Shown here: in pieces, positions 10,675-20,266 of the stretch
How positions within the stretch are numbered: position 1 is the stretch's first letter
Layout: each line of letters opens with the position of its first letter
IMG/VR virus record: IMGVR_UViG_3300042516_005631
Location: 31,455-95,454 of that record
Length of the DNA stretch: 64,000 nucleotides
Reading direction: 5' to 3' (one strand)
Origin: a virus
Made by a program: the position numbers and the translations under genes
The notes under the pieces: model-generated
What the model was told of the DNA's origin: nothing
Databases searched by the model: none
What the model saw: the letters and a program-made list of their open reading frames with translations, nothing else

Positions 10675-12438
10675 TTAATCTGCTTTTAAATCATTTTGTT
10701 GTATATAAAATATAAGTTCATCAATTAATATCTGATCAATTGATGAAAAAGACCATTCTCCTTTCAACATTACTACACCACTTTTATTTCTAGCTATAGC
10801 TCTTCTACGTTTTAAAGAATTAGTTGTAGTTTCAGTTTCAACTCCCATTTCAAATCCATTTACATTTATTACTATAGGGGAATTATTTGATTGTTGTTGA
10901 GTTAAAGCTATTAATTCAGCTGAAAGTTGTTCTTGGGTTAATTCATTATTAGGTGAACATTGTTGAATTAAGGTATCGAGTAAACTTAAATATTGTAATA
11001 ATTGGGTTAAAACTTGTCTAACTATAACTAATATAGTTAATAAACCAACATTAGTTGATTTTAATCTATCAATAGTTTTACTCAATATTTTATTAATTCC
11101 TGGGGGAAATGGATTAAGGAATGATGGAGTATTATCTGCTGTAAAAAGGGTAGCATCTAATAATATTAAAGCTCCTTCTGTTATACCTAAAATTTTAGTA
11201 GCATTATCTATAATTTTTAATGAATTATTTATTTGTTTTACTAATTTATTTTTACGGGAAATTAATTTACTTAATTCCTCTGGGGTAGGGCAAGAAATTT
11301 TATCTTTTAAATCTGATGTTTTGGTTTTACCTTGATCTATTAATTGGGCGGCTTTTGTAATTCCAAATTGGGATATTAAAGTTATAGCTAATGGTAAAGC
11401 AGTTTGTTTGAGATTTATAACCAAATCTGTAAGTTTCTTTTGAGCAAAATATTCAGGGGTTTTCTTTGAATCAGATAATTTATTTATTTGATCTGGTTTT
11501 AACTGGGAGGCCTCTATTTTATCTGTTTCAGTAGCAGTTTGAATAGGGGTCATTTGAATAACACCTAAATCTTCTTTTACAGTACCATCTCCTTTATATG
11601 GATTTTTTTCTATAATTTCATAACCAGGAGCAGAAATAGTTACTGTAGGAGGTAATGGAGATTCAGGTAATTCAAGACTAACTTCTCCTTTACTATTTGA
11701 AGTTGTTGGTTGGGAAATTATTGATGTAGTGGAAGATGTTGGTTGAGTAATTTTAAATGGGGGGTATTTATTTAATGTTATTTCATCAGTATACCCATTA
11801 TCATTAATTTCTCTTAAAATACTAGCTTCATATTCTTCATATGTTTTATAAACTATATTATCAGCAACCTCTGAAAATTCAGGGTAATCACTACCATAAT
11901 ATATAGTTTGGATAAATTGACCATTATGATAAATCTTAGCTCCCCATTTAAAAAAATCTGGGTTATTTGGGTTATTAATAGGGATTTTGGTTATATTATA
12001 TGAATATGGGCCTACTTCAGTAGAATTAGGGATGGTGGTAGATTTATTAGTTGGTGGTGGTGGAGGTGGTTCGTTAATTGTTATTTTAGCTCCTTTAACT
12101 GGTTGATTTGAATTATTATCTATAATTTTACCTTCAGTTTTAGTTGTTGAGGTAGTTTTGGATGTTAAAGGAAGAATCTCAACAGGGGTATTAGGTGGGG
12201 GTGGAAATAAAGGTCTAGTAGTAACTAAATCTTGTAACATTCCATTAAGTATTTGAAACTCTACATCTTTTTCAACTTCAATTAATGTATAATTATTTTC
12301 ATATATTGGAATATTAGTACTAACTTCTTTGCCTTGATAGTATATTTTAATATCATAAAATATACCTTTTAAATTTTTTATTTCATATATTTCATATATA
12401 TAATCCCCAATCTTTTTCTTTAGTACTTTTGTTCCCAT
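10675..12438 (-). CDS. Hypothetical structural-module protein with carboxypeptidase-regulatory-like domain and helical C-terminus
   Basis: GKIIDNNSNQPVKGAKITI and VTISAPGY motifs, split by a Pro/Thr-linked insert. Confidence 0.45.
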   Translation of the reverse strand: MGTKVLKKKIGDYIYEIYEIKNLKGIFYDIKIYYQGKEVSTNIPIYENNYTLIEVEKDVEFQILNGMLQDLVTTRPLFPPPPNTPVEILPLTSKTTSTTKTEGKIIDNNSNQPVKGAKITINEPPPPPPTNKSTTIPNSTEVGPYSYNITKIPINNPNNPDFFKWGAKIYHNGQFIQTIYYGSDYPEFSEVADNIVYKTYEEYEASILREINDNGYTDEITLNKYPPFKITQPTSSTTSIISQPTTSNSKGEVSLELPESPLPPTVTISAPGYEIIEKNPYKGDGTVKEDLGVIQMTPIQTATETDKIEASQLKPDQINKLSDSKKTPEYFAQKKLTDLVINLKQTALPLAITLISQFGITKAAQLIDQGKTKTSDLKDKISCPTPEELSKLISRKNKLVKQINNSLKIIDNATKILGITEGALILLDATLFTADNTPSFLNPFPPGINKILSKTIDRLKSTNVGLLTILVIVRQVLTQLLQYLSLLDTLIQQCSPNNELTQEQLSAELIALTQQQSNNSPIVINVNGFEMGVETETTTNSLKRRRAIARNKSGVVMLKGEWSFSSIDQILIDELIFYIQQNDLKAD

Positions 12439-12439
12439 A

Positions 12440-13675
12440 TTAACTAGTCTTTACAAAATTAGATTTAATAGTATCTATTTGTTGTAAGATTCTATTTAAA
12501 TTATTTGAAGCAACAGTAGCTGTTGTATTCATTATAGCATCTGGGGTAGGTACTCCTCCTGGGTAAATTTGGGAGGATTGGAGTGCTGTTGAAATATTAA
12601 GTAATTCATTTATTACTATTTTTAATAATTGTACTGTATCATCTCCTTTTAGAACTGGTTGGGTAGCATTTTTATTACCTAATCTAATATCTCTTCCGTC
12701 TATATAGACTTGTTTAGCTTCTAAATTTATACTATCATTTGAGGATAAACCAATTGATTTTTGTCCACTGATTAAAACACTATCAGATTTTGCATTTAAA
12801 ATTACTCTATCTGAGTGTAAAATAATTTGAGGTAAATTAAATGTAGCTGGGGTAATTGGTGGTGTAGTATAGGAAATAAAATTTTCGTTAGCTAAACTTA
12901 AAGTAGATAATTTTTGGGTTGAAGTTAAATAAATTGAAGATAAATCTTTTTTTATATTTTCTATAATAGGCTCAGCCCCAAAATCACTTGAATTTGGGTC
13001 TTGTCCATTTCTTAATATTGTAATTGGATCACCATTATTTCCCGCTGAAGACCAAGTATTGGAATATTGTCCTGTAATTTTTGAAGTATTACCTAAACGT
13101 AAACTATTTCCCCATCTTCCTTCATATATTACGTCTCCTGAAAATGGGAGTAAAGGGTGAATATTACTTTTTTCATTGAAAGTATCTTGTGGTGAAGTTG
13201 AAGTGCTTACGGTAGGAAGATTATTATCTACCACGTTAACAGCTCCTACCCCTACTTGAGAATAATCAACTTTTTGAGAAGATGGTTTAGTATTATTATA
13301 TGGTGATGGTTGTATATTAGCGTTTGGAGCTGCCGCTCCATATAAAGAAACAGGTCCTTCCCAAACGTATTGACCACCAAAAGAATTAGGTGCTAATGTT
13401 TTCCAAACCCAAACATATTCATTTATTATAGGATATTTTCTTATAGATGTATTGGATGGATAAACGTTAGTAAGGATTTTTCCAGTATCAACTCCTGTTG
13501 GGCTAATTTTATTACCTGAAAGGACTCCTATCTGATCGAATCCTTGAGAAGGATCTAAATTTATTGAGGTAACTCTAATTAAAAATCTTGTTACTTCAGG
13601 TGTTGGATTTGGATTGGGTGATTTATTACCCAAAGCCCTATTGGTCATTGCAGGAAATCCAAACTTATGTGACAT
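12440..13675 (-). CDS. Baseplate central spike/hub protein (gp5/gpV-like)
   Basis: N-terminal OB-like region (YPIINEYVWV), GDVIYEGRWGNSLRLG, beta-helix-like repeats and QPVLKGD. Confidence 0.6.
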   Translation of the reverse strand: MSHKFGFPAMTNRALGNKSPNPNPTPEVTRFLIRVTSINLDPSQGFDQIGVLSGNKISPTGVDTGKILTNVYPSNTSIRKYPIINEYVWVWKTLAPNSFGGQYVWEGPVSLYGAAAPNANIQPSPYNNTKPSSQKVDYSQVGVGAVNVVDNNLPTVSTSTSPQDTFNEKSNIHPLLPFSGDVIYEGRWGNSLRLGNTSKITGQYSNTWSSAGNNGDPITILRNGQDPNSSDFGAEPIIENIKKDLSSIYLTSTQKLSTLSLANENFISYTTPPITPATFNLPQIILHSDRVILNAKSDSVLISGQKSIGLSSNDSINLEAKQVYIDGRDIRLGNKNATQPVLKGDDTVQLLKIVINELLNISTALQSSQIYPGGVPTPDAIMNTTATVASNNLNRILQQIDTIKSNFVKTS

Positions 13676-14013
13676 TAATTTTTTGGGTTAAATTTTTTAA
13701 CTTCGTTTAATAACTGTTGTTTTTCCTCTTCAGTCATACCAAACCCTTCTTCACTTGATTTACCACTAGCAATAGCACGTTGTGCTATAGTAGCCATTTT
13801 AATCAATTGTTCATCGTTTTTAATACCTAATTCCATATATTCTTTAATTAATGGAACTATTAGGGTAGCATCACCAATATCGTTTATGAGAGGTTTTAAT
13901 TCACCTATTAAAGCATTGATTTGGGCTTCTTTTTTCTTTGAGTTATCGTAAATTTCCTTTAATAAATCCGAAAATTTTTTCTTGCCCCAAATATTTTCTT
14001 CTAAGTTACTCAT
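13675..14013 (-). CDS. Hypothetical helical late protein
   Basis: 112-aa ORF with a late motif at 14026-14033. Confidence 0.5.
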   Translation of the reverse strand: MSNLEENIWGKKKFSDLLKEIYDNSKKKEAQINALIGELKPLINDIGDATLIVPLIKEYMELGIKNDEQLIKMATIAQRAIASGKSSEEGFGMTEEEKQQLLNEVKKFNPKN

Positions 14014-14039
14014 ATTATTTTGGGTATAAATATGAAAAA

Positions 14040-14741
14040 TTAAAATTCTATATATCCTTCATCTAGATAAAATAGATAATTCTTTTTAAATATATCGTAT
14101 AAAATATTCGCTATTTTTGTAATTTTGGGAGTCTTTACATCTGGGATCATTTCATGTATGTAAATGTAAAGTGCTTTTTTATTGAATATGTCTATTTGGT
14201 CTCGTTTTCTAAATAACTCTAAAATAGCATCTGCAATTTTTGCATCATATTCTTTTGGGAAAAAATCATATATGTTTTCTGTTACATAATCAACATATTG
14301 ATCTATAAAATAAGATAATTTATCTTTTTGAGGAGAAACAGAATCTAAAGTATATGAATATGAATCATCTTGTTCAAGTTCAGCGATGGCTACTTTTTTA
14401 ATTTTACTTTTATAATTTTTATCGTTATATAAAATACACCAACGTTTAACTATAGTTCCAAAATATGAATATGCTTTAGCTCCATTATTTGGATTAAATA
14501 AATGGATTTTGGAAAGTAAAAATACTATGATTTCATGTTGTAAATGCTCTAAATCCTCTACTTCAGTATGGTAAAATTTAAAAGTATGAATTATATTTTG
14601 AGTTAATTTAAAAAATGCATAATGTATTTTTTCCTCGTATATTTTACTTTTTAAAGCCGGGTTTTCAGTGTTATTATATAATACAATAGCATCTTCGGTT
14701 TCTTGGGTAAAGTAGTTTTTATTTTTAGCTTTCCTAGCCAT
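14040..14741 (-). CDS. Phage sigma factor, T4 gp55-like (region 2 type)
   Basis: LQHEIIVFLLSKIHLFNPNNGAKAYSYFGTIVKR resembles sigma region 2.2-2.4. Start moved to MARKAK because the track start overlaps the upstream gene. Confidence 0.7.
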   Translation of the reverse strand: MARKAKNKNYFTQETEDAIVLYNNTENPALKSKIYEEKIHYAFFKLTQNIIHTFKFYHTEVEDLEHLQHEIIVFLLSKIHLFNPNNGAKAYSYFGTIVKRWCILYNDKNYKSKIKKVAIAELEQDDSYSYTLDSVSPQKDKLSYFIDQYVDYVTENIYDFFPKEYDAKIADAILELFRKRDQIDIFNKKALYIYIHEMIPDVKTPKITKIANILYDIFKKNYLFYLDEGYIEF

Positions 14742-14742
14742 T

Positions 14743-15030
14743 TTAGTTGAACTTTCTAAGATTGAATTCATTTAGTATTTCTTGCAGGTTTACAATTGAT
14801 TGGAATATTACACCAACATCATCATCTTTTTCAAACATACCTCCACGGTCTATTTCTTTAAGTTTTTTGTCTGAAATTTCAATTACACGAGATAATCTGT
14901 CTAAATATTCCAGATAACCAGCTAAAATATCTTCTGATTTTTCTTGTTTTTTCATCAAGTTGAAAGTCGTGAATCCTAGAATCACGACTAACACTGATAA
15001 GACGCAAATGGCAACTATTAACCCTATCAT
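14743..15030 (-). CDS. Single-TM membrane protein
   Basis: N-terminal hydrophobic helix followed by a soluble domain. Confidence 0.55.
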   Translation of the reverse strand: MIGLIVAICVLSVLVVILGFTTFNLMKKQEKSEDILAGYLEYLDRLSRVIEISDKKLKEIDRGGMFEKDDDVGVIFQSIVNLQEILNEFNLRKFN

Positions 15031-15821
15031 ATATTATCTAATAAATTTTTTAAACCATTACTTTTAAATGAACCTAATGCCTTTTCCTTTGTTGAGGTCT
15101 TTTTAGACATGTTTGGTTTATTCCCCAATGTATAATTATCCTTTTTAATATCCACGGACTTTTTACCTTCTTTTAATTTAGGTAACCATTCACGTTCAAA
15201 TTCAATACGTGCTGCCATTAAGTCCGCCTGATGTAAAATAAAAGGAAGTGATGTTCTTGGTTTTTGTTCTGGCATGAAATTTAAGAGATATTTTTTATTT
15301 GCCTCATCGTATAAACCATCATGAGTTTGAATAGCAACCATTTCATTAAATGTATACTGGATACCATGGGATTGAAGTAAAAATAACCCTCTATCAGGTA
15401 CTGAAGCGAATGGAACTTTAGTATTAAACATATAATCTTCTCCAAGTTTATCTTTACGCCATTGATCAGTTTGAGGGATATATGAATCTTCTTCTTCACT
15501 ACCCATTTTACCTAAATCATGATTTAATGCTGAGAATATTAATTCTTCAACTGTGAAAGTAGACATATCAGCTTCTTCACTTGCCCATAAATCATATTGT
15601 TTTAAAGCACATCGAATAACGCGTAAAACATGTTCTACATATCCTCCAGGAAAAGCATTATGGTATTCTTTTTTATGCGCAGCAGGCATTAACATTAAAC
15701 GTTCAGAATATTGATTATAAAATTCTAAAACTTTTTCTTTACGTGGGGAAGAAATATAACCATCAATATAAGACATTAATTCTTCCCAATTATCTTGGAT
15801 TTGTTCGGCTGTTAGATTCAT
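15027..15821 (-). CDS. HD-domain phosphohydrolase, YhaM-like
   Basis: PAA..YHNAFPGGYVEHVLRV, LNHDLGK, THDG and ILHQAD motifs. Confidence 0.85.
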   Translation of the reverse strand: MNLTAEQIQDNWEELMSYIDGYISSPRKEKVLEFYNQYSERLMLMPAAHKKEYHNAFPGGYVEHVLRVIRCALKQYDLWASEEADMSTFTVEELIFSALNHDLGKMGSEEEDSYIPQTDQWRKDKLGEDYMFNTKVPFASVPDRGLFLLQSHGIQYTFNEMVAIQTHDGLYDEANKKYLLNFMPEQKPRTSLPFILHQADLMAARIEFEREWLPKLKEGKKSVDIKKDNYTLGNKPNMSKKTSTKEKALGSFKSNGLKNLLDNI

Positions 15822-15837
15822 AACTTTTATTTATTAA

Positions 15838-16005
15838 TTAATTTTCACGTTCTACAATTGATTGAGTATCGTCTCTCAATTCAAGTACTTCTTGTAATAT
15901 TTGACGAGCTGCTTCAACATTTCTTTCATTTAAAGCGTTTCTCATACGTTTTAATTTACTTTCTAGAGACTCCAAGCGTCTCAATACTAATTCTTTATTT
16001 TTCAT
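15838..16005 (-). CDS. Small coiled-coil protein (about 55 aa; not in track)
   Basis: Hand translation MKNKELVLRRLESLESKLKRMRNALNERNVEAARQILQEV; A-rich leader; fills the intergenic gap. Confidence 0.55.
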   Translation of the reverse strand: MKNKELVLRRLESLESKLKRMRNALNERNVEAARQILQEVLELRDDTQSIVEREN

Positions 16006-16100
16006 TTTTATTTATTTACTTATTTATTTATTTATTTTATAACCTTTATTTATTTCAATAATGTAATATTAAAATATAAATTAAAGATAATAACCTTCTT

Positions 16101-16553
16101 TTAGGGAGTCACGTTTTCTTTTTTAATTAGAGACCTTTTTACAAAATCTTGTATTTTTTTAAGGAAAGCACATTTTTCATATTCCTCCAAACCTTCAAAA
16201 TATCGTAATACCACTTCAAGATATTCTATAAAATCTTCTGAAGCATTATCCTGTAGAGCTAATTTCCAATCTTTTTTCCTTAAATTACATTCAGAAATCC
16301 AAAACCAAGCTCGATTATACATCATAAAATCCCCAGCTTCACCTAAATCGGCAGTATCCATTTTAGGTTGCATATTTGAGAAAAATTTTAGAAGTTGATT
16401 TTTAAACCCAATACCTTGAGATACCATTTTAATAAACATCTTAACTTTAAAATGGGGAGTTTCTTTAAAGGCCTCTAAATCTTTTTTGAGTTTCTTATCT
16501 TCCTTATCTCCTTCATTGAACCCAAATAATGCAAATATTCCTCCTATATTCAT
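16101..16553 (-). CDS. Hypothetical protein with C-terminal UVR-like motif
   Basis: LRYFEGLEEYEKCAFLKKI. Confidence 0.5.
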   Translation of the reverse strand: MNIGGIFALFGFNEGDKEDKKLKKDLEAFKETPHFKVKMFIKMVSQGIGFKNQLLKFFSNMQPKMDTADLGEAGDFMMYNRAWFWISECNLRKKDWKLALQDNASEDFIEYLEVVLRYFEGLEEYEKCAFLKKIQDFVKRSLIKKENVTP

Positions 16554-16594
16554 ACTCTTATATGTATATATAATTTCCTAATTGAATCCACGTA

Positions 16595-16855
16595 TTAATT
16601 CGTTGATTTTAAATGGTTAATTTTTGATTCTAAATTCTCAAGTTTAAGCTCTAATTGTGAAATTGATTTTTTCAAATCATCATAAGCTTTAATTGGATTG
16701 ATAAAATCGGGATTTGCAGGGTGATATTGCCAAAACTCATCCAACATCCCATAATCCTCCACCAATTGATTTTGAATGGATGCAACCTTCATTTCTAGTT
16801 CTTGCAGTTCCATATCTATAATTTGTTGATACATATTTAAATTTTTACTAGACAT
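16595..16855 (-). CDS. Hypothetical coiled-coil protein
   Basis: 86-aa ORF coupled to the upstream gene. Confidence 0.5.
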   Translation of the reverse strand: MSSKNLNMYQQIIDMELQELEMKVASIQNQLVEDYGMLDEFWQYHPANPDFINPIKAYDDLKKSISQLELKLENLESKINHLKSTN

Positions 16856-17300
16856 ATTTTTCTCCTATTTGTTCTATAACTTGTTTAGCCTCTTCCAACG
16901 ATACTCTAAAAAATTCTTTTTGAGTATTAACTCTTTGTTTTTTAAAATATTTATGAACTTCACCCTCTATACGCTCACCTTTAAAACACTTATAAGCCCA
17001 TTCAACCTCAAACCCTAAAGGTATTCCTGTTCCACGAGAAATTTGATTTGCTCTTATGAATGGATCTTTTGCAGTATAACCTATTTTAACCATTTCGGGC
17101 ATCGCGGGATTTGATAATATATAAACCCATTCATCACCCTCGCGGCCAACGAATAGACCTCGTTTTTTACCCGTGTAATACGTTATTTCATCCCAACCGT
17201 CTTGCTGCTCTTGAACCGTAAAATATGTTGGTGGATTATTTGAGTAATCTTCAGAACAAGGAATATATTTTTTAGCTTCTTCATGTGTAATTCGTTGCAT
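16848..17300 (-). CDS. T5orf172/GIY-YIG superfamily protein
   Basis: WVYILSNPAMPEMVKIGYT...R...E.EVH...RVNTQKEFF. Confidence 0.85.
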   Translation of the reverse strand: MQRITHEEAKKYIPCSEDYSNNPPTYFTVQEQQDGWDEITYYTGKKRGLFVGREGDEWVYILSNPAMPEMVKIGYTAKDPFIRANQISRGTGIPLGFEVEWAYKCFKGERIEGEVHKYFKKQRVNTQKEFFRVSLEEAKQVIEQIGEKYV

Positions 17301-17318
17301 AACCTTTATTTTTTACTT

Positions 17319-17561
17319 CTAAAACCTAGCTTGCGCTCCAGACCCTTTATACCAAGGTAATCCTTCTCTTGTGCGTAAACGCTCCTTCCACTGTTCCTCC
17401 GTATATTTAATCCCATTTAAATAATACTCGCGTAAACGCATGTTACCTTGTGGAATTACCGCGGGACCCTCCCAATTATGTAACTTACCATCAAACATAA
17501 ACATTTGAGTTCCATCAGCGGTTGTAATTTTTCTAGACGGTTGATACTTTTGATTTTCCAT
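17319..17561 (-). CDS. Small protein with one GKLH..GPAV...YYLNG repeat unit
   Basis: GKLHNWEGPAVIPQG...EYYLNG, a motif typical of large DNA viruses. Confidence 0.55.
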   Translation of the reverse strand: MENQKYQPSRKITTADGTQMFMFDGKLHNWEGPAVIPQGNMRLREYYLNGIKYTEEQWKERLRTREGLPWYKGSGAQARF

Positions 17562-17564
17562 AAT

Positions 17565-17813
17565 TTAAAATTGTTTATATTTATTAATTAAACTATTATT
17601 TTTCTTGATCATCAATGAACTAATAACACTAATAGTTCCAATTCCTAGAGCTATTAAAGCAAGACCAACAATTGTGAAAATATTGTTTTGAAATTTTTCC
17701 AACAACAACATGGAAGTTTGTGACAATGAAAACAACCCAAGTATAACAGCTTTTACTTTAAGTGATTTGTTTTCTTCTTTTAGCTCTTCAATTCTTTTTT
17801 CTATTTCAAACAT
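17565..17813 (-). CDS. Two-TM membrane protein
   Basis: Two hydrophobic segments; class B promoter at 17839-17867. Confidence 0.55.
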   Translation of the reverse strand: MFEIEKRIEELKEENKSLKVKAVILGLFSLSQTSMLLLEKFQNNIFTIVGLALIALGIGTISVISSLMIKKNNSLINKYKQF

Positions 17814-17902
17814 AACCTTTATTTTTATTTATACTACAAATATACAAACCAAAAATCAAGTAACCAAGGATCTTTTAAAGAATCTAATCACTAAGTTAAA
17901 CT

Positions 17903-18250
17903 TTAATAAGATAAAGCAAGAGTTATCCCACCAGTTCCTCTTAACCTTAAAGTAGTTCCATCAACATTAGTTGCTGGGGTAAAAATAAAGGAATTTGTTG
18001 ATGTTGGTAAAACAAACCCTGCAACATAATCTGTTATGTTTGAGCCGGCTATATTTGTAAGTGAGGAAAACGAGCCTGAAGTATTTTTTGGGGTTGAACC
18101 ATCAAACTGGTAGTTAAATGGTGTTTTCATAAAAAAGTAACTTGAACCTGAATTATTTGTTATAGAAAAGGTGTAAGCTGTTCCTGCTGTTAAATTAATT
18201 GAGGAAGTACCTTCATATAAAGAGGCAAAGGGATAATTTATAGTTGGCAT
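17903..18250 (-). CDS. Small S/T/G-rich late (virion?) protein
   Basis: Beta-rich composition; late motif at 18265-18272. Confidence 0.5.
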   Translation of the reverse strand: MPTINYPFASLYEGTSSINLTAGTAYTFSITNNSGSSYFFMKTPFNYQFDGSTPKNTSGSFSSLTNIAGSNITDYVAGFVLPTSTNSFIFTPATNVDGTTLRLRGTGGITLALSY

Positions 18251-18283
18251 TTATCGTTTTGACGATAAATATTTGAAAAAATA

Positions 18284-18520
18284 TTATTTTTTAACTGTCC
18301 AACTTAAAAAACCGTTAAGCCATTTTTTACGTTTAGTACAACTACATTCTTGTAGGCCAAAAAATTCTTTGTAACGTTCTTGGGTAATACCAAGTTTAGT
18401 TAAAGCAGATTCAACAACATCACCTAAACCAACTACTGTTGTTGGGTTTGTGTCTTGGGTAATTCCATTAGCTTCTAATTCTTGGATTAATTTGTCTAGT
18501 TCTGGTCTTACGTCGCTCAT
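18284..18520 (-). CDS. Conserved small phage protein (GLGD...CxC..RK..LN)
   Basis: Motif seen; late motif at 18537-18544. Confidence 0.55.
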   Translation of the reverse strand: MSDVRPELDKLIQELEANGITQDTNPTTVVGLGDVVESALTKLGITQERYKEFFGLQECSCTKRKKWLNGFLSWTVKK

Positions 18521-18750
18521 ATTTTTTTGTTTTGGAATAAATATTTGGAAAATTCATAATGTGCACAAATTATTATTGATATATAACCAAATAATAAAAG
18601 GAAAGGCATTTTAATTAAGTTTTTTATTGTTTTCATTATGTGTGTGTTAAATAGGCAATAGCTATACCCGCAAATATACCTATTAGGGTTCCATGAAGAA
18701 AACCCATCCACCAAATTTGTTGTTTTTTTTCGTCGTTATCTAAAAGCATT

Positions 18751-18966
18751 TTATTCTGATTTAAATGTTTTGTTGTAGTATTGTTCTGCTACGTTTGGAG
18801 TCATTTCTGCCCATTCATACCACGCATATTCAAAAGCATCAATTATCTGCTCCTTTTCTATTTGTAAAGCGTATTCAAAAGTTATTTTCCATTCATCATA
18901 ATCAAATGGTTTATCTTTTTGACCCTCTAATATTTTTAAAAGCCATTGTATTGCTGTTGGTTTCAT
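18751..18966 (-). CDS. Hypothetical phage protein (TAIQWL...EKEQIIDA family)
   Basis: Motif seen; class B promoter at 18975-19003. Confidence 0.6.
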   Translation of the reverse strand: MKPTAIQWLLKILEGQKDKPFDYDEWKITFEYALQIEKEQIIDAFEYAWYEWAEMTPNVAEQYYNKTFKSE

Positions 18967-19019
18967 ATGTTTGAAATATACGTATATCCTATGTCGATGC
19001 CAAGGATTTTTATAAAAGA

Positions 19020-19240
19020 AAAGATTTGATTTTTGTGAATTTTTATCCCCTTTTACATTTTGGAATTTTGGGTTTCATTTGGGGGTATATAAAGATATAC
19101 AATGTCGATGTGTAAAGATCGTTTACGAGCTGTGAAGTGGTCTAAGCACCGTCCCTCACCACCCCGCCATATATTGACAACGGCGCGCGTGGGGCGATAT
19201 GGCTATACCCATACCATATATATACGGCGGTACGGCCACA
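19020..19240. other. GC-rich palindromic non-coding junction (candidate terminus or packaging site)
   Basis: Locally high GC in an AT-rich genome; inverted repeats gccatat/atatggc, gtata/tatac and gtaaa/tttac; ggcgcgcg. Lies at the end of the cassette array. Confidence 0.35.
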
Positions 19241-19416
19241 GGATTACCACCCTTGTACTTTGATCTTAGATCCTACCACCACACCATTTTCAAACCAGTA
19301 AAACACCAGCTTACCCTCAGGCGTTAAGACCGTGATTGTGGCTTGATCTAAGTTACCGTCTATGTTCTGGATTCTGGGTCTATTAATCTTGATGAATGTG
19401 TCTACGCTCATGGCCC

Positions 19417-19439
19417 CAAAAGCCCGGATCAACCGGGCT
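19417..19439 (-). terminator. Intrinsic terminator closing the cassette array
   Basis: Stem agcccgg/ccgggct, followed by a T-run on the minus strand. Confidence 0.55.
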
Positions 19440-19487
19440 CACAGGGCGTATAATTAAAAAGATAAGTGCTGTCTCTCCAGCTGTCAT

Positions 19488-19556
19488 TTATTTCTCAAAT
19501 ACCATTATCATTACCGATCCAACAACCACTAAACCAAATATTACTGCTACCACCAT
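19488..19556 (-). CDS. 22-aa hydrophobic micropeptide MVVAVIFGLVVVGSVMIMVFEK
   Basis: Hand translation; ATG lies 1 nt after the upstream stop. Confidence 0.4.
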   Translation of the reverse strand: MVVAVIFGLVVVGSVMIMVFEK

Positions 19557-19557
19557 T

Positions 19558-19626
19558 TTATCCTAGATTTACTAATATCAAATATTTAACTCCAATTACC
19601 AAACAACTTAATCCTAATACTACCAT
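19558..19626 (-). CDS. 22-aa hydrophobic micropeptide MVVLGLSCLVIGVKYLILVNLG
   Basis: Hand translation; first ATG after the class A promoter at 19647. Confidence 0.4.
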   Translation of the reverse strand: MVVLGLSCLVIGVKYLILVNLG

Positions 19627-19678
19627 TTGCTCTTTATTTATACTTTAATATACGAACTTTATTTTAAATGAGGTAGTC

Positions 19679-19999
19679 CTAAGCTGCTACCTCATTACCA
19701 TCGCTCTTAACTTGAGCTGGTCGTCCTCGTTTCAAAGTACCATTTGCTCTTTTACTCTCTAATTCAGCTAATCTCATTTGTCTTACTGAATTTGGATTTA
19801 CAGGTCGTCCTTGGCCAATACCGTTTGCTTTATTCTCTGCTTGTTTAGCTAATCGAATTTGTCTTTCTGAATCAGCTACTACAGGTCGTCCTCGTTTCAA
19901 CTCTCCACTATTTCTTTTTAATTCTAATTCTTTTAATCTTAATTGTCTTACACTGTTTTCATTTACAGGACGTCCTAATTTTTTTACTTCATTTTTCAT
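19679..19999 (-). CDS. Basic DNA-binding protein with four AT-hook-like (R)GRP repeats
   Basis: LGRP, KRGRP, QGRP and KRGRP at about 27-30 aa periodicity, with a repeated S.RQ.RL helix. Confidence 0.7.
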   Translation of the reverse strand: MKNEVKKLGRPVNENSVRQLRLKELELKRNSGELKRGRPVVADSERQIRLAKQAENKANGIGQGRPVNPNSVRQMRLAELESKRANGTLKRGRPAQVKSDGNEVAA

Positions 20000-20075
20000 A
20001 ACTTTTTTCTTTTTAAATTTAACTTATTTTCTTAACTTATTTATACTGTAATATACGAATTACATTTTAATTAAC

Positions 20076-20225
20076 TTAGTCCTGAATTAACATTTTACTA
20101 ATAAATTCTAAACACTCATCTTTATTATTAAAACTAAATCTATTTCCATTTTCATCATTAAAAAACCACCCTACTCTTTCATCAAATTTAACTAATATTC
20201 CTCTATAAACAAACATATTATTCAT
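20076..20225 (-). CDS. 49-aa cassette protein; first 47 codons contain no C (not in track)
   Basis: MNNMFVYRGILVKFDERVGWFFNDENGNRFSFNNKDECLEFISKMLIQD, between the class A motifs at 20250 and 20050. Confidence 0.7.
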   Translation of the reverse strand: MNNMFVYRGILVKFDERVGWFFNDENGNRFSFNNKDECLEFISKMLIQD

Positions 20226-20266
20226 CTTTTATTTTTTTAATTATACATCAATATACGAATTACTTA

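Noticed and set aside
16006-16040. (TTTA)n microsatellite
   Set aside because: Explained as the A-rich leader of the 16005 gene.
18517-19432. ORFs 18517-18714 and 19244-19432 as called in the track
   Set aside because: Starts are doubtful: the first is probably a shorter MKTIKN ORF and the second overlaps a terminator. Not listed as features.
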